Shown piece after piece: positions 6,553-15,800 of a stretch of DNA of 38,674 nucleotides. Source of the DNA: a virus (taxonomy: Duplodnaviria; Caudoviricetes); IMG/VR virus record IMGVR_UViG_3300029822_000031, positions 1-38,674 of that record, one strand, 5' to 3'. The notes beneath the pieces are model-generated. The model made no database searches, was not told the DNA's origin, and worked only from the letters and a program-made list of their open reading frames with translations. The translations under genes and the position numbers were made by a program. How positions within the stretch are numbered: position 1 is the stretch's first letter; the number at the start of each line of letters is the position of its first letter.

Positions 6553-7241
6553 TGAACCATAGCTTTAATGTAGAAATTGCTAAACAATATGGCATAAATG
6601 AAGCAATAATGCTTGAAAATTTATGTTTTTGGGTTGCTAAGAACAAAGCTAACAACAGACATTTATATGATGGTGAATATTGGACATATAACAGCCAAAA
6701 AGCATTTACTGAATTATTTCCATATTGGAATAGGAATCAGATACAAAGAATTTTGTCCAAGCTAGAAGTAGAAGGACTCATCAAAAAAGGCAATTATAAC
6801 AAGGCAGCTTATGATAGAACTTTATGGTACACATTAACCGAAAAGTCTTACAAGCTTTTTAATATCAACATTGTGCAAAATCAAACAATCGAAAATATAA
6901 ATTTAAACAATGGAAAATGTGAAAATGAGCAACCAATACCAGATATAAACTCAGATGTAAAAACAAATATATCTATTGAGCAAGTCAATAAGATATGGAA
7001 TTTATATCCTAAGAAAAAAGGTAAAGGTACTGCAATAACAAAGATACCTAAGTTAATAAAGAAGTATGGCTATGAACAAATAGAAAGATGTATACAAAGA
7101 TACACCTTAGAAACTAAAGGCAAGGATATACAGTATATAAAAGAAGGTAGTACATTCTTTAATACTGGGTATGTAGATTACTTAGACGAGAATTATAAAC
7201 CAGAAAATAAACCACAAAGACCACTATATCCATCTATATAA
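6552..7241 (+). CDS. Phage replication initiator (replisome organiser, lambda O analogue)
   Basis: N-terminal wHTH (FNVEIAKQYGINEAI...WTYNS), C-terminal WNLYPKKKGK...YIKEGSTFFN; upstream of dnaB. Confidence 0.85.
   Translation: MNHSFNVEIAKQYGINEAIMLENLCFWVAKNKANNRHLYDGEYWTYNSQKAFTELFPYWNRNQIQRILSKLEVEGLIKKGNYNKAAYDRTLWYTLTEKSYKLFNINIVQNQTIENINLNNGKCENEQPIPDINSDVKTNISIEQVNKIWNLYPKKKGKGTAITKIPKLIKKYGYEQIERCIQRYTLETKGKDIQYIKEGSTFFNTGYVDYLDENYKPENKPQRPLYPSI
6873..6940. repeat. 22-bp periodic iteron-like repeats within the initiator gene (lytic origin candidate)
   Basis: AAACAATCGAAAAT (6883) and AAACAATGGAAAAT (6905), with a degenerate third copy. Confidence 0.5.
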
Positions 7242-7258
7242 AAGAAAGGAGATTAATA

Positions 7259-7474
7259 ATGGGTTTAGATAATATCCACATTAATAACGATTTAATTGAA
7301 ATTAAAATTCATATTAACAAAAAAATAATTGATGATTGTATAGAAATTGTATCCAAGGAATTAGAACATATTCAAAAAGGAAGAATAGATGGCAAACAAT
7401 ATGCAGGTTGTTTGTTTGAAGATGGCTCAAAGCTGATATGGATTGCACCAGGACATGATTTTGAAATTAAATGA
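7259..7474 (+). CDS. Hypothetical protein
   Basis: RBS AAAGGAG. Confidence 0.65.
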   Translation: MGLDNIHINNDLIEIKIHINKKIIDDCIEIVSKELEHIQKGRIDGKQYAGCLFEDGSKLIWIAPGHDFEIK

Positions 7475-7490
7475 TATATAGGAGGGGAAT

Positions 7491-7817
7491 ATGAGAGAAA
7501 TTAAATTTAGAGCATGGAATGATATGAAAAAGAGAATGGAGCATGATGTTTATAAGGAATACGAAAATCTGATGCAATATACAGGACTTAAGGATAAAAA
7601 CGGTGTGGATATTTACGAAGGCGACATTCTTAAAATTGAAGGCGCATATTTTAGAAAAACAATTAGAGAAAACATGGTTGTTGAATATGATGAAAGCAGA
7701 GCATGGTTTGGGGTTTTAGATGTTCTTCATACAGTTAGCTTGAATAATTTTGATTGTGAAGATGATGTTGAAGTTATCGGCAATATCTATGAAAATCCAG
7801 AGTTATTGGAGGGTTAA
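7491..7817 (+). CDS. YopX-family protein
   Basis: MREIKFRAW...LMQYTGLKDKNGVDIYEGDI...EVIGNIYENPELL. Confidence 0.9.
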   Translation: MREIKFRAWNDMKKRMEHDVYKEYENLMQYTGLKDKNGVDIYEGDILKIEGAYFRKTIRENMVVEYDESRAWFGVLDVLHTVSLNNFDCEDDVEVIGNIYENPELLEG

Positions 7818-7819
7818 AT

Positions 7820-8032
7820 ATGAATATAAAAGATATAACTAAAATGACAAGAGAGGAATTTGTTGAAATATTAGAAATGACTGAAGGTTTAAATATAAAT
7901 ACTATGATGTTACCATGGAAGCTTATGTGCCCAGGAGATATAGGATTAAAACAAAATTGTATAAGAAATAGTTGCGCTTGTAAAAAATGTTGGCTAGAAG
8001 CAATAAAAGATGTGAAGTTTAAAAATGAGTAG
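7820..8032 (+). CDS. Hypothetical Cys-rich protein
   Basis: CPGDIGL..C...CACKKCW; RBS GGAGG. Confidence 0.65.
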   Translation: MNIKDITKMTREEFVEILEMTEGLNINTMMLPWKLMCPGDIGLKQNCIRNSCACKKCWLEAIKDVKFKNE

Positions 8033-9134
8033 GTTGGAAAAGCCTTTACCATTTAGTAATGAAGCAGAAAGAGCATTACTAGGGACAATAATAAGTTATC
8101 CAGAGAGTATAAATGAAGTAATAGACAATATAAAACCAACAGACTTTTATAACTCTAAACACGTTTATATATATACTGCAATAGAGAGCCTATACACACA
8201 TGAGAAGGACATTACACTAGTATCCATAATAGAGTATCTAAAAGACATAGACAAGCTTAAAGATGTAACCATGACGTATTTAAGTGGACTTAGTGAAGTA
8301 GGGAACCACATTAAACAATATGCTGACATAGTAAAGGAAAAATCAAACAAAAGAGAATTAATTAAACTAGCATATAAGATGATAGAGAGTGAAGCACCAG
8401 TAAATGACATAATAGGCAAGGCAGAAGATAAGATGTTCAAGCTTATTAACAACAAAGAATCCAATATGGTAAAAGTAGATGTTGCCATGGAAGAAACTCT
8501 TAAAAACCTTGAAAAATTAAATGGTGATATTACTGGTATGGATACTGGGTATACAGAGTTAAACAGAATAATGGGAGGATTACAGAAAACAGACTTAGTT
8601 ATTATAGCTGGTAGGCCTGCAATGGGGAAATCGGTGTTAGGGTTAAATCTAGCAACAAACGTAAGTAAGAAGCATAAAGTAGCATTATTCAGCCTGGAAA
8701 TGTCTAAAGACCAGCTAATGAAAAGGGCATTATGTAGTGAAAGCCTTATAGAATTTGACAAAGTAAAAAGTGGAAATTTAACATCTGATGAATGGTTAAA
8801 AATTGGGACTGAAAGTAACTTTTTAGAGAAAAGAGAATTATGGATTGATGATACAGCAGGGCAAACATTAAACCAGATAAAAGCTAAATGTAAGAAACTA
8901 AAGGCTCAACATGGACTAGATATGATAGTTATAGACTATTTGCAGTTAATGAGTGGAGAAGGAGAGAATAGGCAGCAGGAAATAAGTTATATATCAAGGG
9001 GACTAAAAGTATTAGCTAAGGACTTAAACATCTGTGTTGTAGCATTATCTCAGTTAAGCAGAGCTCCTGAGCAAAGAACTGATCATAGACCTTTACTATC
9101 AGATTTAAGAGAAAGTGGGAGCATAGAACAGGAT
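8025..9134 (+). CDS. dnaB: Replicative DnaB helicase, exon 1
   Basis: Walker A AGRPAMGKS, VIDYLQL, LSQLSR, SDLRESGSIEQD; interrupted inside the conserved IEQD|AD motif. Confidence 0.93.
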
Positions 9135-10006
9135 AAAAAAAGTAAGCAATTTTATTCATTGATTTTTGAAGAAAGGAGATTGTACATATAACAAATATTC
9201 AAGAACAAACGATTATAGGTGGATTGTTAGGCGATAGTTGTATTTTTAAAGACAAAATGGGAGTAAATTATAGAATGAACTTTGCACACTCACTAAAACA
9301 AAAGGAATATTTTTTCATGAAATATGAAATTCTTAAAGAGCTGCTGGGAACAACTCCAAGAGAAAGAGCCTGGTCAGATAAGAGAACAGGCAAAACATAC
9401 CGTGAAATAAGAGTACAGAGTAGAACAAGTCCATTCTACACAGAATTATATCATTTATGGTATAAGAACGGTAAGAGAACATTAAACTTTGAAGAAGTTT
9501 CTAAATTAGATTGGCTTGGATTAGCAATATGGTTTATGGATGATGGATTTAAAGGCACTTCTGGAGGAAGTTATATATCATTCTATGTTTACACTGATGA
9601 AGAAAAAGAAAAAATGATTGCTTTCCTTAATGAAAAATTCAATCTAAATGCTAGACTACATGGAAATAACAAAATTTATATTCCATGTAAGCAAGGCAAA
9701 ATATTCAAAGAAAATATAAAACAATTTATGCCTAAATCAATGTTGTATAAAATTGCTTAGTGTCCTGGGTAAATCCAGCAAAATCGGTAAAAGCTGCGAA
9801 GCCAATACCGAGGTAATTTCATAGATAGCGAAAGGCTATGAAACACCGTAGAGCGTAGAAGGTGAATAAATATAATCCTTCCAAGAGTGCTGGACAACTT
9901 TAGAAAGTTGATGATGTACGCCGAACTGGAAAGTGAGAACACTTTCATAATGGACTAAATGAAGTCCCAGAGCTATAGGATAAAAAGCCTATAGGTTAAC
10001 AAATTG
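9135..10006 (+). mobile_element. Group I self-splicing intron (872 nt)
   Basis: Exon ends in U (CAGGAT), intron ends in G; IGS GTCCTG at 9762-9767 pairs with CAGGAU including the U.G wobble; P7-like GAGCGTA / TACGCC; removal restores IEQDADIIIF in frame. Confidence 0.88.
9188..9760 (+). CDS. Intron-encoded LAGLIDADG homing endonuclease
   Basis: IIGGLLGDS and GLAIWFMDDG motifs; frame is open upstream of 9224, probable ATA start after RBS AAGGAG. Confidence 0.85.
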   Translation: MTNIQEQTIIGGLLGDSCIFKDKMGVNYRMNFAHSLKQKEYFFMKYEILKELLGTTPRERAWSDKRTGKTYREIRVQSRTSPFYTELYHLWYKNGKRTLNFEEVSKLDWLGLAIWFMDDGFKGTSGGSYISFYVYTDEEKEKMIAFLNEKFNLNARLHGNNKIYIPCKQGKIFKENIKQFMPKSMLYKIA

Positions 10007-10189
10007 GCAGATATAATAATATTTCCTTACAGAGATGAATACTACAACAAAGAAACAGAGGATAAGAATGTAGCAGAAATAATATTTGGGAAAAACAGAA
10101 ATGGCAAAATTGGTATGGTTAAGTTAGCATTTTTAGGGCAATATCAGAAGTTTGGCAATTTAGATTTTACTTATGCTGGGAAGTATTAG
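10007..10189 (+). CDS. dnaB: DnaB helicase, exon 2
   Basis: ADIIIFPYRDEYY...AEIIFGKNRNGKIGMVKLAF. Confidence 0.92.
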   Translation, partial: ADIIIFPYRDEYYNKETEDKNVAEIIFGKNRNGKIGMVKLAFLGQYQKFGNLDFTYAGKY

Positions 10190-10226
10190 ACGGAATTTGA
10201 AAATAAGGTGAAGGAGATGGAAAATA

Positions 10227-10430
10227 TTGAATTGTAAAAATCAAATACAAATACTGTTAGGGAAAATGTATAGAGGTTTAGCATTATCTGCATTAGATAT
10301 AAAAGAAATTATTCAAAATCCTATCGAAAAAGTTATTAAATGCGAAATGGTGGATAAGGAAGGGATAATTTATTATAAGTTTTATTTAGAAAATGATGCA
10401 CAAAGATATACAGGGGAGATAATATTTTAG
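10227..10430 (+). CDS. Hypothetical protein
   Basis: ORF with upstream AAGGAG. Confidence 0.55.
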   Translation: MNCKNQIQILLGKMYRGLALSALDIKEIIQNPIEKVIKCEMVDKEGIIYYKFYLENDAQRYTGEIIF

Positions 10431-10465
10431 TTACGCAATTCAAATACTATGTGAAAGGAGCATAA

Positions 10466-10609
10466 ATGAAGGGTGTTAAAAACTCTATAGTAGATGATTT
10501 CCAAAACATAGAACATTTAACAAACATAATAACGGATTTAACTAAAGACAAGAAGATACTTAGAAGGGTAAATGAAATAAAATCTATAACAGAGAAGTAT
10601 GGAGGGTAA
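10466..10609 (+). CDS. Hypothetical protein (47 aa)
   Basis: RBS AAAGGAG; open frame. Confidence 0.55.
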   Translation: MKGVKNSIVDDFQNIEHLTNIITDLTKDKKILRRVNEIKSITEKYGG

Positions 10610-10610
10610 T

Positions 10611-11042
10611 ATGTATAACTATTGGACTGTTGAAGAAACAAACTTTTTAAAAGAGCATTATAAAACCATGACTGGCAAAGAATTAGTAAAAAAATTAGGA
10701 AGAACATCATGCAGCATAAGACATAGAGCAAGAGAATTGGGAATAGCACAAAAGCAAATTAAAAAGAACCCAGCAAAAACTATAAGTGGGTATAAAAATA
10801 GCAAGAAGTTTAATGTAGAGAAAGCAGGAAAGGCAAAAGCTAGAAACCTTATAAACATAAAAGAATCTTTTAAGGATAAGGACAAAATAAGAGTAGAAAT
10901 ATGGGATACAAGAGATACAACAAGGAAACTAACAGGGAAGATTATTGCAAAGAATGATTACTTTATAACAGTCAAGTTTAAAAACTACATTGAGAGCTTA
11001 TTATATACAGACTTTTATAATAATTATGCCAAAGTTTTATAA
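10611..11042 (+). CDS. Myb/homeodomain-like HTH protein with C-terminal beta domain
   Basis: WTVEETNFLKEHY...ELVKKLGRTSCSIRHRARELGI. Confidence 0.65.
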   Translation: MYNYWTVEETNFLKEHYKTMTGKELVKKLGRTSCSIRHRARELGIAQKQIKKNPAKTISGYKNSKKFNVEKAGKAKARNLINIKESFKDKDKIRVEIWDTRDTTRKLTGKIIAKNDYFITVKFKNYIESLLYTDFYNNYAKVL

Positions 11043-11069
11043 AAGTACATTGTAAAGAAGGTTATATTA

Positions 11070-11294
11070 ATGAGTTATTATTATTCTTCTAAAATTAAAT
11101 ACCCAATAGGCACTAAGGTATATGTTCATTTAGGAGACATATTATTAAAAGGTATAGTAATTAATAAGCATTTAGACTTAGATATAGGCATGATGGGAAG
11201 GTATCGTTACCTCGTAAAATATTTAGCAGAATTTAAAGATGGGCTTGAACATGCTGATTGGTATTATGAAAATAAATTAAGCCCAATAATTTAA
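11070..11294 (+). CDS. Hypothetical SH3-like protein
   Basis: KYPIGTKVYV...GIV...YLVKY...WYYENKL. Confidence 0.55.
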   Translation: MSYYYSSKIKYPIGTKVYVHLGDILLKGIVINKHLDLDIGMMGRYRYLVKYLAEFKDGLEHADWYYENKLSPII

Positions 11295-11324
11295 TAAAAA
11301 GCATTTAAAATAGGAGGAGAATAT

Positions 11325-11717
11325 ATGAATAAAGTAATAATGACTAATTGCTATTTAGGAAAGAATGGTGTTGAATTAAAATTTGTTCCAGGTAGTGGTA
11401 ATGCAGTAGCAACGTATAGTATAGCAGTACCTAATTATAAAAAGACAGGAGAAAAACAAACATATACTTATATAAATTGTGTAACGTGGAATAAAGTAGC
11501 TGAGTTTCTAGCAAATAATGCAGATAAAATAAAGAAAATAGGAGTAATAGGCAGACTGCAAACTAGATCATATGATGCTAAAGATGGTACAAAGAGATAT
11601 GTAACTGAAATAGTAACGGAAGATATAGAAATAGAGGAATGGAAGAATGCAGAAGCTAACAATAATTCAAATAATGATGAAGTAACTCCAGTTGAGGATG
11701 GAGATATACCTTTTTAG
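11325..11717 (+). CDS. ssb: Single-stranded DNA-binding protein
   Basis: INCVTWNK..GRLQTRSY..RYVTEI; acidic DGDIPF tail. Confidence 0.93.
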   Translation: MNKVIMTNCYLGKNGVELKFVPGSGNAVATYSIAVPNYKKTGEKQTYTYINCVTWNKVAEFLANNADKIKKIGVIGRLQTRSYDAKDGTKRYVTEIVTEDIEIEEWKNAEANNNSNNDEVTPVEDGDIPF

Positions 11718-11764
11718 GTCTTATACGCATTAAACACGATTTAAGAGAGTGAAAGGAGTATAAA

Positions 11765-12115
11765 ATGGAGATTAAAGAACTGTTAGAACTTCAAAAAGAA
11801 TTAGATACTAAAATAATTGATAAATATAACCACGCTAATGGGCTTATATCAGACTTTGGGCAGGGAGATTTTCTAACTGAAAGGCTGTTAGCATTACAAG
11901 TTGAAGTATCTGAATTAGCCAATGCCACTAGATGCTTTAAATATTGGTCAGAGAAGCCAGCAGAGAGCAAAGAAAGACAATTAGATGAATATGCTGATTG
12001 CTTACATTTCCTTTTAAGCATAGGGCATACGTTAAATTTTACAGCAGAAGAAATTGAAAAAGCCTATTTAAACAAGCATAAGGAGAATTACAAAAGACAG
12101 AAAGAAGGTTACTAA
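11765..12115 (+). CDS. dut: Dimeric all-alpha dUTPase
   Basis: LALQVEVSELANATRCFKYWS...DEYADCLHFLLSIG...NYKRQKEGY. Confidence 0.85.
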   Translation: MEIKELLELQKELDTKIIDKYNHANGLISDFGQGDFLTERLLALQVEVSELANATRCFKYWSEKPAESKERQLDEYADCLHFLLSIGHTLNFTAEEIEKAYLNKHKENYKRQKEGY

Positions 12116-12489
12116 TGGAATATTGTGAAGAATGTTTAAAAAATGGGATTTATAAGCCAGGACAAGCACATCACATTGTTAAACGTTCTAAAGCTTCATA
12201 TATGGTTCATGTTCCAATAAATATAAAGTATTTATGCCTAAATCATCACACAGGGCAAGAGGGTGTACACAAAAACACCCTCAAAGATATTGAGTATAAG
12301 CAAGAATTACAGCTTAAATTAAAACTATTATTTACAAAGGATTATTATACCAAACTTGAAATTAAAAAGATTTTAAATATAAGTGATAACACAATAAAAG
12401 CAATAACTAAAACACTCCCATTATGTAAGGAAGGTTACGAAAAAGATAAATTAATATTTCATATGATGGGAGATGTTAATTACCTATGA
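12115..12489 (+). CDS. HNH-like protein
   Basis: CEEC...AHHIVKRS...LCLNHHTG..GVH. Confidence 0.7.
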   Translation: MEYCEECLKNGIYKPGQAHHIVKRSKASYMVHVPINIKYLCLNHHTGQEGVHKNTLKDIEYKQELQLKLKLLFTKDYYTKLEIKKILNISDNTIKAITKTLPLCKEGYEKDKLIFHMMGDVNYL

Positions 12490-12944
12490 ATGAAGGGAAG
12501 AAATTTGAGCAAGACTTCATTAATTCAGTACCAGAAAAATGGTTTAAATATAGATTAAATGATAGTGGTGGAAGTTGGCAAGGTGGAGATAAAGCAAGGT
12601 TTACACCAAGTAATATATGCGATTTTATAGTTTATAACAGTAAGTTGTGGCTATTAGAACTTAAAAGCCATAAAGGTAAATCAATACCTTTTAGTTGTAT
12701 AAGACCAAAGCAAGTTGAAGGACTGTTAGAAGCTTATAAAAGAGGGACTAAAGCAGGATATATTATAAATTTTAGAGATATTGAAGAAACATATTATATT
12801 AGTTCGTTTTATGTTTCTCATGCAATTGAAACTTATGACAGAAAATCTATTTCATTAGGTTATATAAAACAATATGGAATATTAATACCACAAGAGAAAA
12901 AACGTACTAGATATAGTTATGATTTAAGTTTTATGGAGGTTTAA
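12486..12944 (+). CDS. recU: RecU-type Holliday junction resolvase
   Basis: GKKFEQDF...CDFIVY...LELKSHKGKSIPF. Confidence 0.8.
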   Translation: MNEGKKFEQDFINSVPEKWFKYRLNDSGGSWQGGDKARFTPSNICDFIVYNSKLWLLELKSHKGKSIPFSCIRPKQVEGLLEAYKRGTKAGYIINFRDIEETYYISSFYVSHAIETYDRKSISLGYIKQYGILIPQEKKRTRYSYDLSFMEV

Positions 12945-12946
12945 CA

Positions 12947-13441
12947 ATGGTTAAGGGGATTTTTGATAAGCTTAACATAATGGAACAAGCAGAATTGAAT
13001 AAATATATAAACCAGGAAGTTAGTAAAAAAGTGTTGGAAAATACAAATTTATTGCACCAAGCAGCAGACGAAAAAGAAAAAATACTAACTGATCTAAACG
13101 ATAAAACCTGGAACCTTATAAATGATTACTTAACTTTAAGCATGAGAGAAAACCGAATAAGCCAGGAGAGAGTAGATGCTATATATAAAAGATTTAAGGA
13201 ATTGGTTGATAACAGCCAGGATAAGTTACTTATAGAACTAGGCAAACAACCTTCTAAAGACTATGAAATAATGTCTAAAGACGATTTGAGTGACATAATA
13301 GAAGAACTGTATATCAAATGCAAAAATTGTACAAGTAAAAAGAAGGATTGCAGATTACACAAACTCTATGAAAAGCACAATATACCAGCAATAGACGGAT
13401 ATAAAAAGAGTTGTAAATGTAAATACAGTTGGAGGGGATAG
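12947..13441 (+). CDS. Hypothetical protein with C-terminal Cys cluster
   Basis: CKNC....DCRLH...CKY. Confidence 0.65.
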   Translation: MVKGIFDKLNIMEQAELNKYINQEVSKKVLENTNLLHQAADEKEKILTDLNDKTWNLINDYLTLSMRENRISQERVDAIYKRFKELVDNSQDKLLIELGKQPSKDYEIMSKDDLSDIIEELYIKCKNCTSKKKDCRLHKLYEKHNIPAIDGYKKSCKCKYSWRG

Positions 13442-13442
13442 A

Positions 13443-13772
13443 ATGCTAGAGTTATCTGATATAACAAGAGAAATATATGAGAGTGGTAAAAGGTTAGAAA
13501 AAGGCTCTAAGGAATTATTTTCTCTAGCAAAAGAAATGGCAGAAACAGAAAGAGATTACAGAAAGGCTTTACAAATTGAAATTACTACATTAAGAACAGA
13601 TAAAGTACAAGCTACACTTATACCAGATATAGCACGTGGCAATACGTCAGATTTAAAGTTTAAGAGGGACTTGGCAGAAGCAAGGTATAAAAGTGCGAGG
13701 GACAGCTTAAACGCAATAGAAAGCCAAATGAACGGGCTTCAATCTATACTAAGAATTCAAAAAGAAATATAG
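13443..13772 (+). CDS. Coiled-coil phage protein (UvsY-like helical family possible)
   Basis: AETERDYRKAL...DIARGN...RDLAEARYKSA. Confidence 0.6.
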   Translation: MLELSDITREIYESGKRLEKGSKELFSLAKEMAETERDYRKALQIEITTLRTDKVQATLIPDIARGNTSDLKFKRDLAEARYKSARDSLNAIESQMNGLQSILRIQKEI

Positions 13773-13785
13773 GGAGGATTAAAAA

Positions 13786-13902
13786 ATGTATGTATTTGTT
13801 GGAATTATAGCTTTAATTACTTTAATAACAACAATAGCAATGCTAAAAGCTTCAAGCAGAGAAGATCATGCAGAGTACAGAAGAAATAAATATAAGTATT
13901 AG
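13786..13902 (+). CDS. Small membrane protein (38 aa)
   Basis: RBS GGAGG; hydrophobic N-terminus. Confidence 0.5.
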   Translation: MYVFVGIIALITLITTIAMLKASSREDHAEYRRNKYKY

Positions 13903-13911
13903 GAGGTATTT

Positions 13912-14349
13912 ATGAAAAATAACCTTAAAGAAATACTTGAACTAATTGAACTTAACACAAAGATATTAGAAAATTGTAAAGATAGCAAATTAAAGATAGA
14001 ACATTTTTTACTTATGTCTGGTTGTCCTGCTGGATATGGTGAGGGGACAAGTTATCTAGATGCAGATACAATACATGGCAGTAGAAAAGAATATCATGTT
14101 GAGGATTATCAGAAGTTATATGAAGAATTGGGAAAACTTGATAGCATGATATTCTTACAAGAAGAAATTTTAAAGAACTTAGATAAACTAAAAAAGGATA
14201 TTTTGAAGTGTGTTGAGGGATTGCAAGGCATTGAATATAAGGTAGCATATAAAAGATACATAGAAGGTAAGACACAAGAACAAACAGCCGAAGAACTAAA
14301 CTATAATTCAAGAAGCATACAAAAGATTGAAGCAAGAATTAGAAAATAA
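13912..14349 (+). CDS. Late-gene transcriptional activator (ArpU/RinA-like, sigma region-4 HTH)
   Basis: KRYIEGKTQEQTAEELNYNSRSIQK; last early gene. Confidence 0.75.
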   Translation: MKNNLKEILELIELNTKILENCKDSKLKIEHFLLMSGCPAGYGEGTSYLDADTIHGSRKEYHVEDYQKLYEELGKLDSMIFLQEEILKNLDKLKKDILKCVEGLQGIEYKVAYKRYIEGKTQEQTAEELNYNSRSIQKIEARIRK

Positions 14350-14356
14350 ATTAAAT

Positions 14357-14401
14357 GGGCGTGTAAAGGGCGTGTTTGAGCCATTTCAGAAGTGTTATAA
14401 T
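14357..14401 (+). promoter_or_regulatory. Late promoter with tandem activator sites
   Basis: GGGCGTGT x2 with 11-bp period (14357, 14368) then TGTTATAAT extended -10; no consensus -35. Confidence 0.65.
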
Positions 14402-14425
14402 AGTAATTGTAAAAGAATATTTAAA

Positions 14426-14459
14426 AGCTCTTAGAGAAATCTAGGAGTTTTTTTATTTT
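14426..14459 (+). terminator. Terminator-like hairpin just downstream of the late promoter
   Basis: GCTCTTAGA-gaaa-TCTAGGAGT + T-run. Confidence 0.7.
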
Positions 14460-14473
14460 GGAAGGTGGGTGTA

Positions 14474-14596
14474 ATGGGTGAAGTAAAATGTAAATTAAAT
14501 TGTAAAAAGTGTAAACATAAATGCAAAGAATTTAACTTTAAAAAATTAAAAAAGCTTATGGAAGAGCGTGCAGATATAGATGAAACTAAATGTTAA
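14474..14596 (+). CDS. Small Cys/Lys-rich protein (40 aa)
   Basis: RBS AAGGTGG; CKLNCKKCKHKC. Confidence 0.45.
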   Translation: MGEVKCKLNCKKCKHKCKEFNFKKLKKLMEERADIDETKC

Positions 14597-14606
14597 GAGG
14601 GATAGT

Positions 14607-15680
14607 ATGGATTATGCAGAAGCTTATAAACTAAAGCAGGAAGGTAAGACATATTTAGAATTAGAAAAGATATTTGGCATAAGCCACAAAACATTAGAGA
14701 GTGGTGTAAATAGATATAAATTAAGACTACAAGCAGGAAAGATAAAGGAGCCTATAAGCCTTTTAAAGCTATTAGAAAAAGAACAGGATATAAATACTCT
14801 AATGGACAAAACAAAGAAGTCTAAGAGGGTTCTAATGGCAGAAATAGAGGACTTAAAGGATAGTGGATATAACATAATTGAAACTAATGGAATTTATTCT
14901 CTAGCTAAGTTGGTAATACCTGCGGAAAATATACATACTAGAAAATGGAATGGTGAAAAGGTATTAAAATTTGCTATTATGGGAGATCCACAATTTAATT
15001 CTAAGTATGTACAAATTACGCATTTACACAATTTTTATGACATATGTGCAGAAGAAGGAATAACAACAGTTTACAACACTGGCGATATAGATGATGGCGA
15101 AGAAATGCGAATGGGGCATAAGTATGAATGCTATAACCAAGGAGCAGACGACCATATAAAAGAAATAATTAAAAATTATCCTAAAAGAGAAGGGATAACA
15201 ACAGAATTTATTACAGGAAATCATGACCACAGCATAATAAAACGTTGTGGTTTTGACATAGGCAATGCAATAGCAGATAAAAGGCCAGATATGAAGTATT
15301 TAGGGCAATCTAATGCAATTATTAATCTAACACCTAATTGTACATTAGAGTTAAGACACCCCATAGATGGGACAGCATACGCTATAAGCTATAAAATACA
15401 AAAGATGATTGAATCTATGAGTGGTGGAGAAAAGCCAAACATATTAGCAGTAGGACATTATCACAAAACATCATACGACTTTTATAGAAATGTACATGCA
15501 ATACAAACAGGATGTTTCCAAGCACAAACAAGTTGGGAACGTGGTAAGGGAATAAGTGTAGCAGTAGGTGGATGGATTATAGAATGTCATGTAGATCAAG
15601 AAGGAACAATTAAAAGATTTAAGCCAGAGTTTATCCCATACTATAAAGCAATTAAAGATGATTACCTAAATTGGAGATAA
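14607..15680 (+). CDS. HTH-fused calcineurin-like metallophosphoesterase
   Basis: MGDPQ, TGDIDDG, GNHD, HP, VGHYH motifs; N-terminal HTH-like segments. Confidence 0.85.
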   Translation: MDYAEAYKLKQEGKTYLELEKIFGISHKTLESGVNRYKLRLQAGKIKEPISLLKLLEKEQDINTLMDKTKKSKRVLMAEIEDLKDSGYNIIETNGIYSLAKLVIPAENIHTRKWNGEKVLKFAIMGDPQFNSKYVQITHLHNFYDICAEEGITTVYNTGDIDDGEEMRMGHKYECYNQGADDHIKEIIKNYPKREGITTEFITGNHDHSIIKRCGFDIGNAIADKRPDMKYLGQSNAIINLTPNCTLELRHPIDGTAYAISYKIQKMIESMSGGEKPNILAVGHYHKTSYDFYRNVHAIQTGCFQAQTSWERGKGISVAVGGWIIECHVDQEGTIKRFKPEFIPYYKAIKDDYLNWR

Positions 15681-15738
15681 AATTGACAAATATATAAACC
15701 GGTAGAAAATGATTTTTAAAAATATTTTTAAATACCCC

Positions 15739-15767
15739 TTGACATACGGTACAAAGTGCGGTAACAT
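15739..15767 (+). promoter_or_regulatory. Moron promoter with CGGTA direct repeats
   Basis: TTGACA-17-TAACAT; CGGTA at 15747 and 15759 (third at 15700). Confidence 0.7.
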
Positions 15768-15800
15768 GTAGACATAAAGTAAATGAGAGGGGATTTAAAT

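Noticed and set aside
8165-8761. Minus-strand ORFs in the track (e.g. 255-470, 8165-8761, 16687-17082, 18651-19016, 31354-33951)
   Set aside because: They are shadows of well-supported plus-strand genes, with no RBS or recognisable motifs.
9135-10006. Intein or frameshifted dnaB pseudogene
   Set aside because: The insert has stops in the dnaB frame, no Cys/His-Asn intein ends, and shows group I hallmarks (U at the 5' site, terminal G, IGS).
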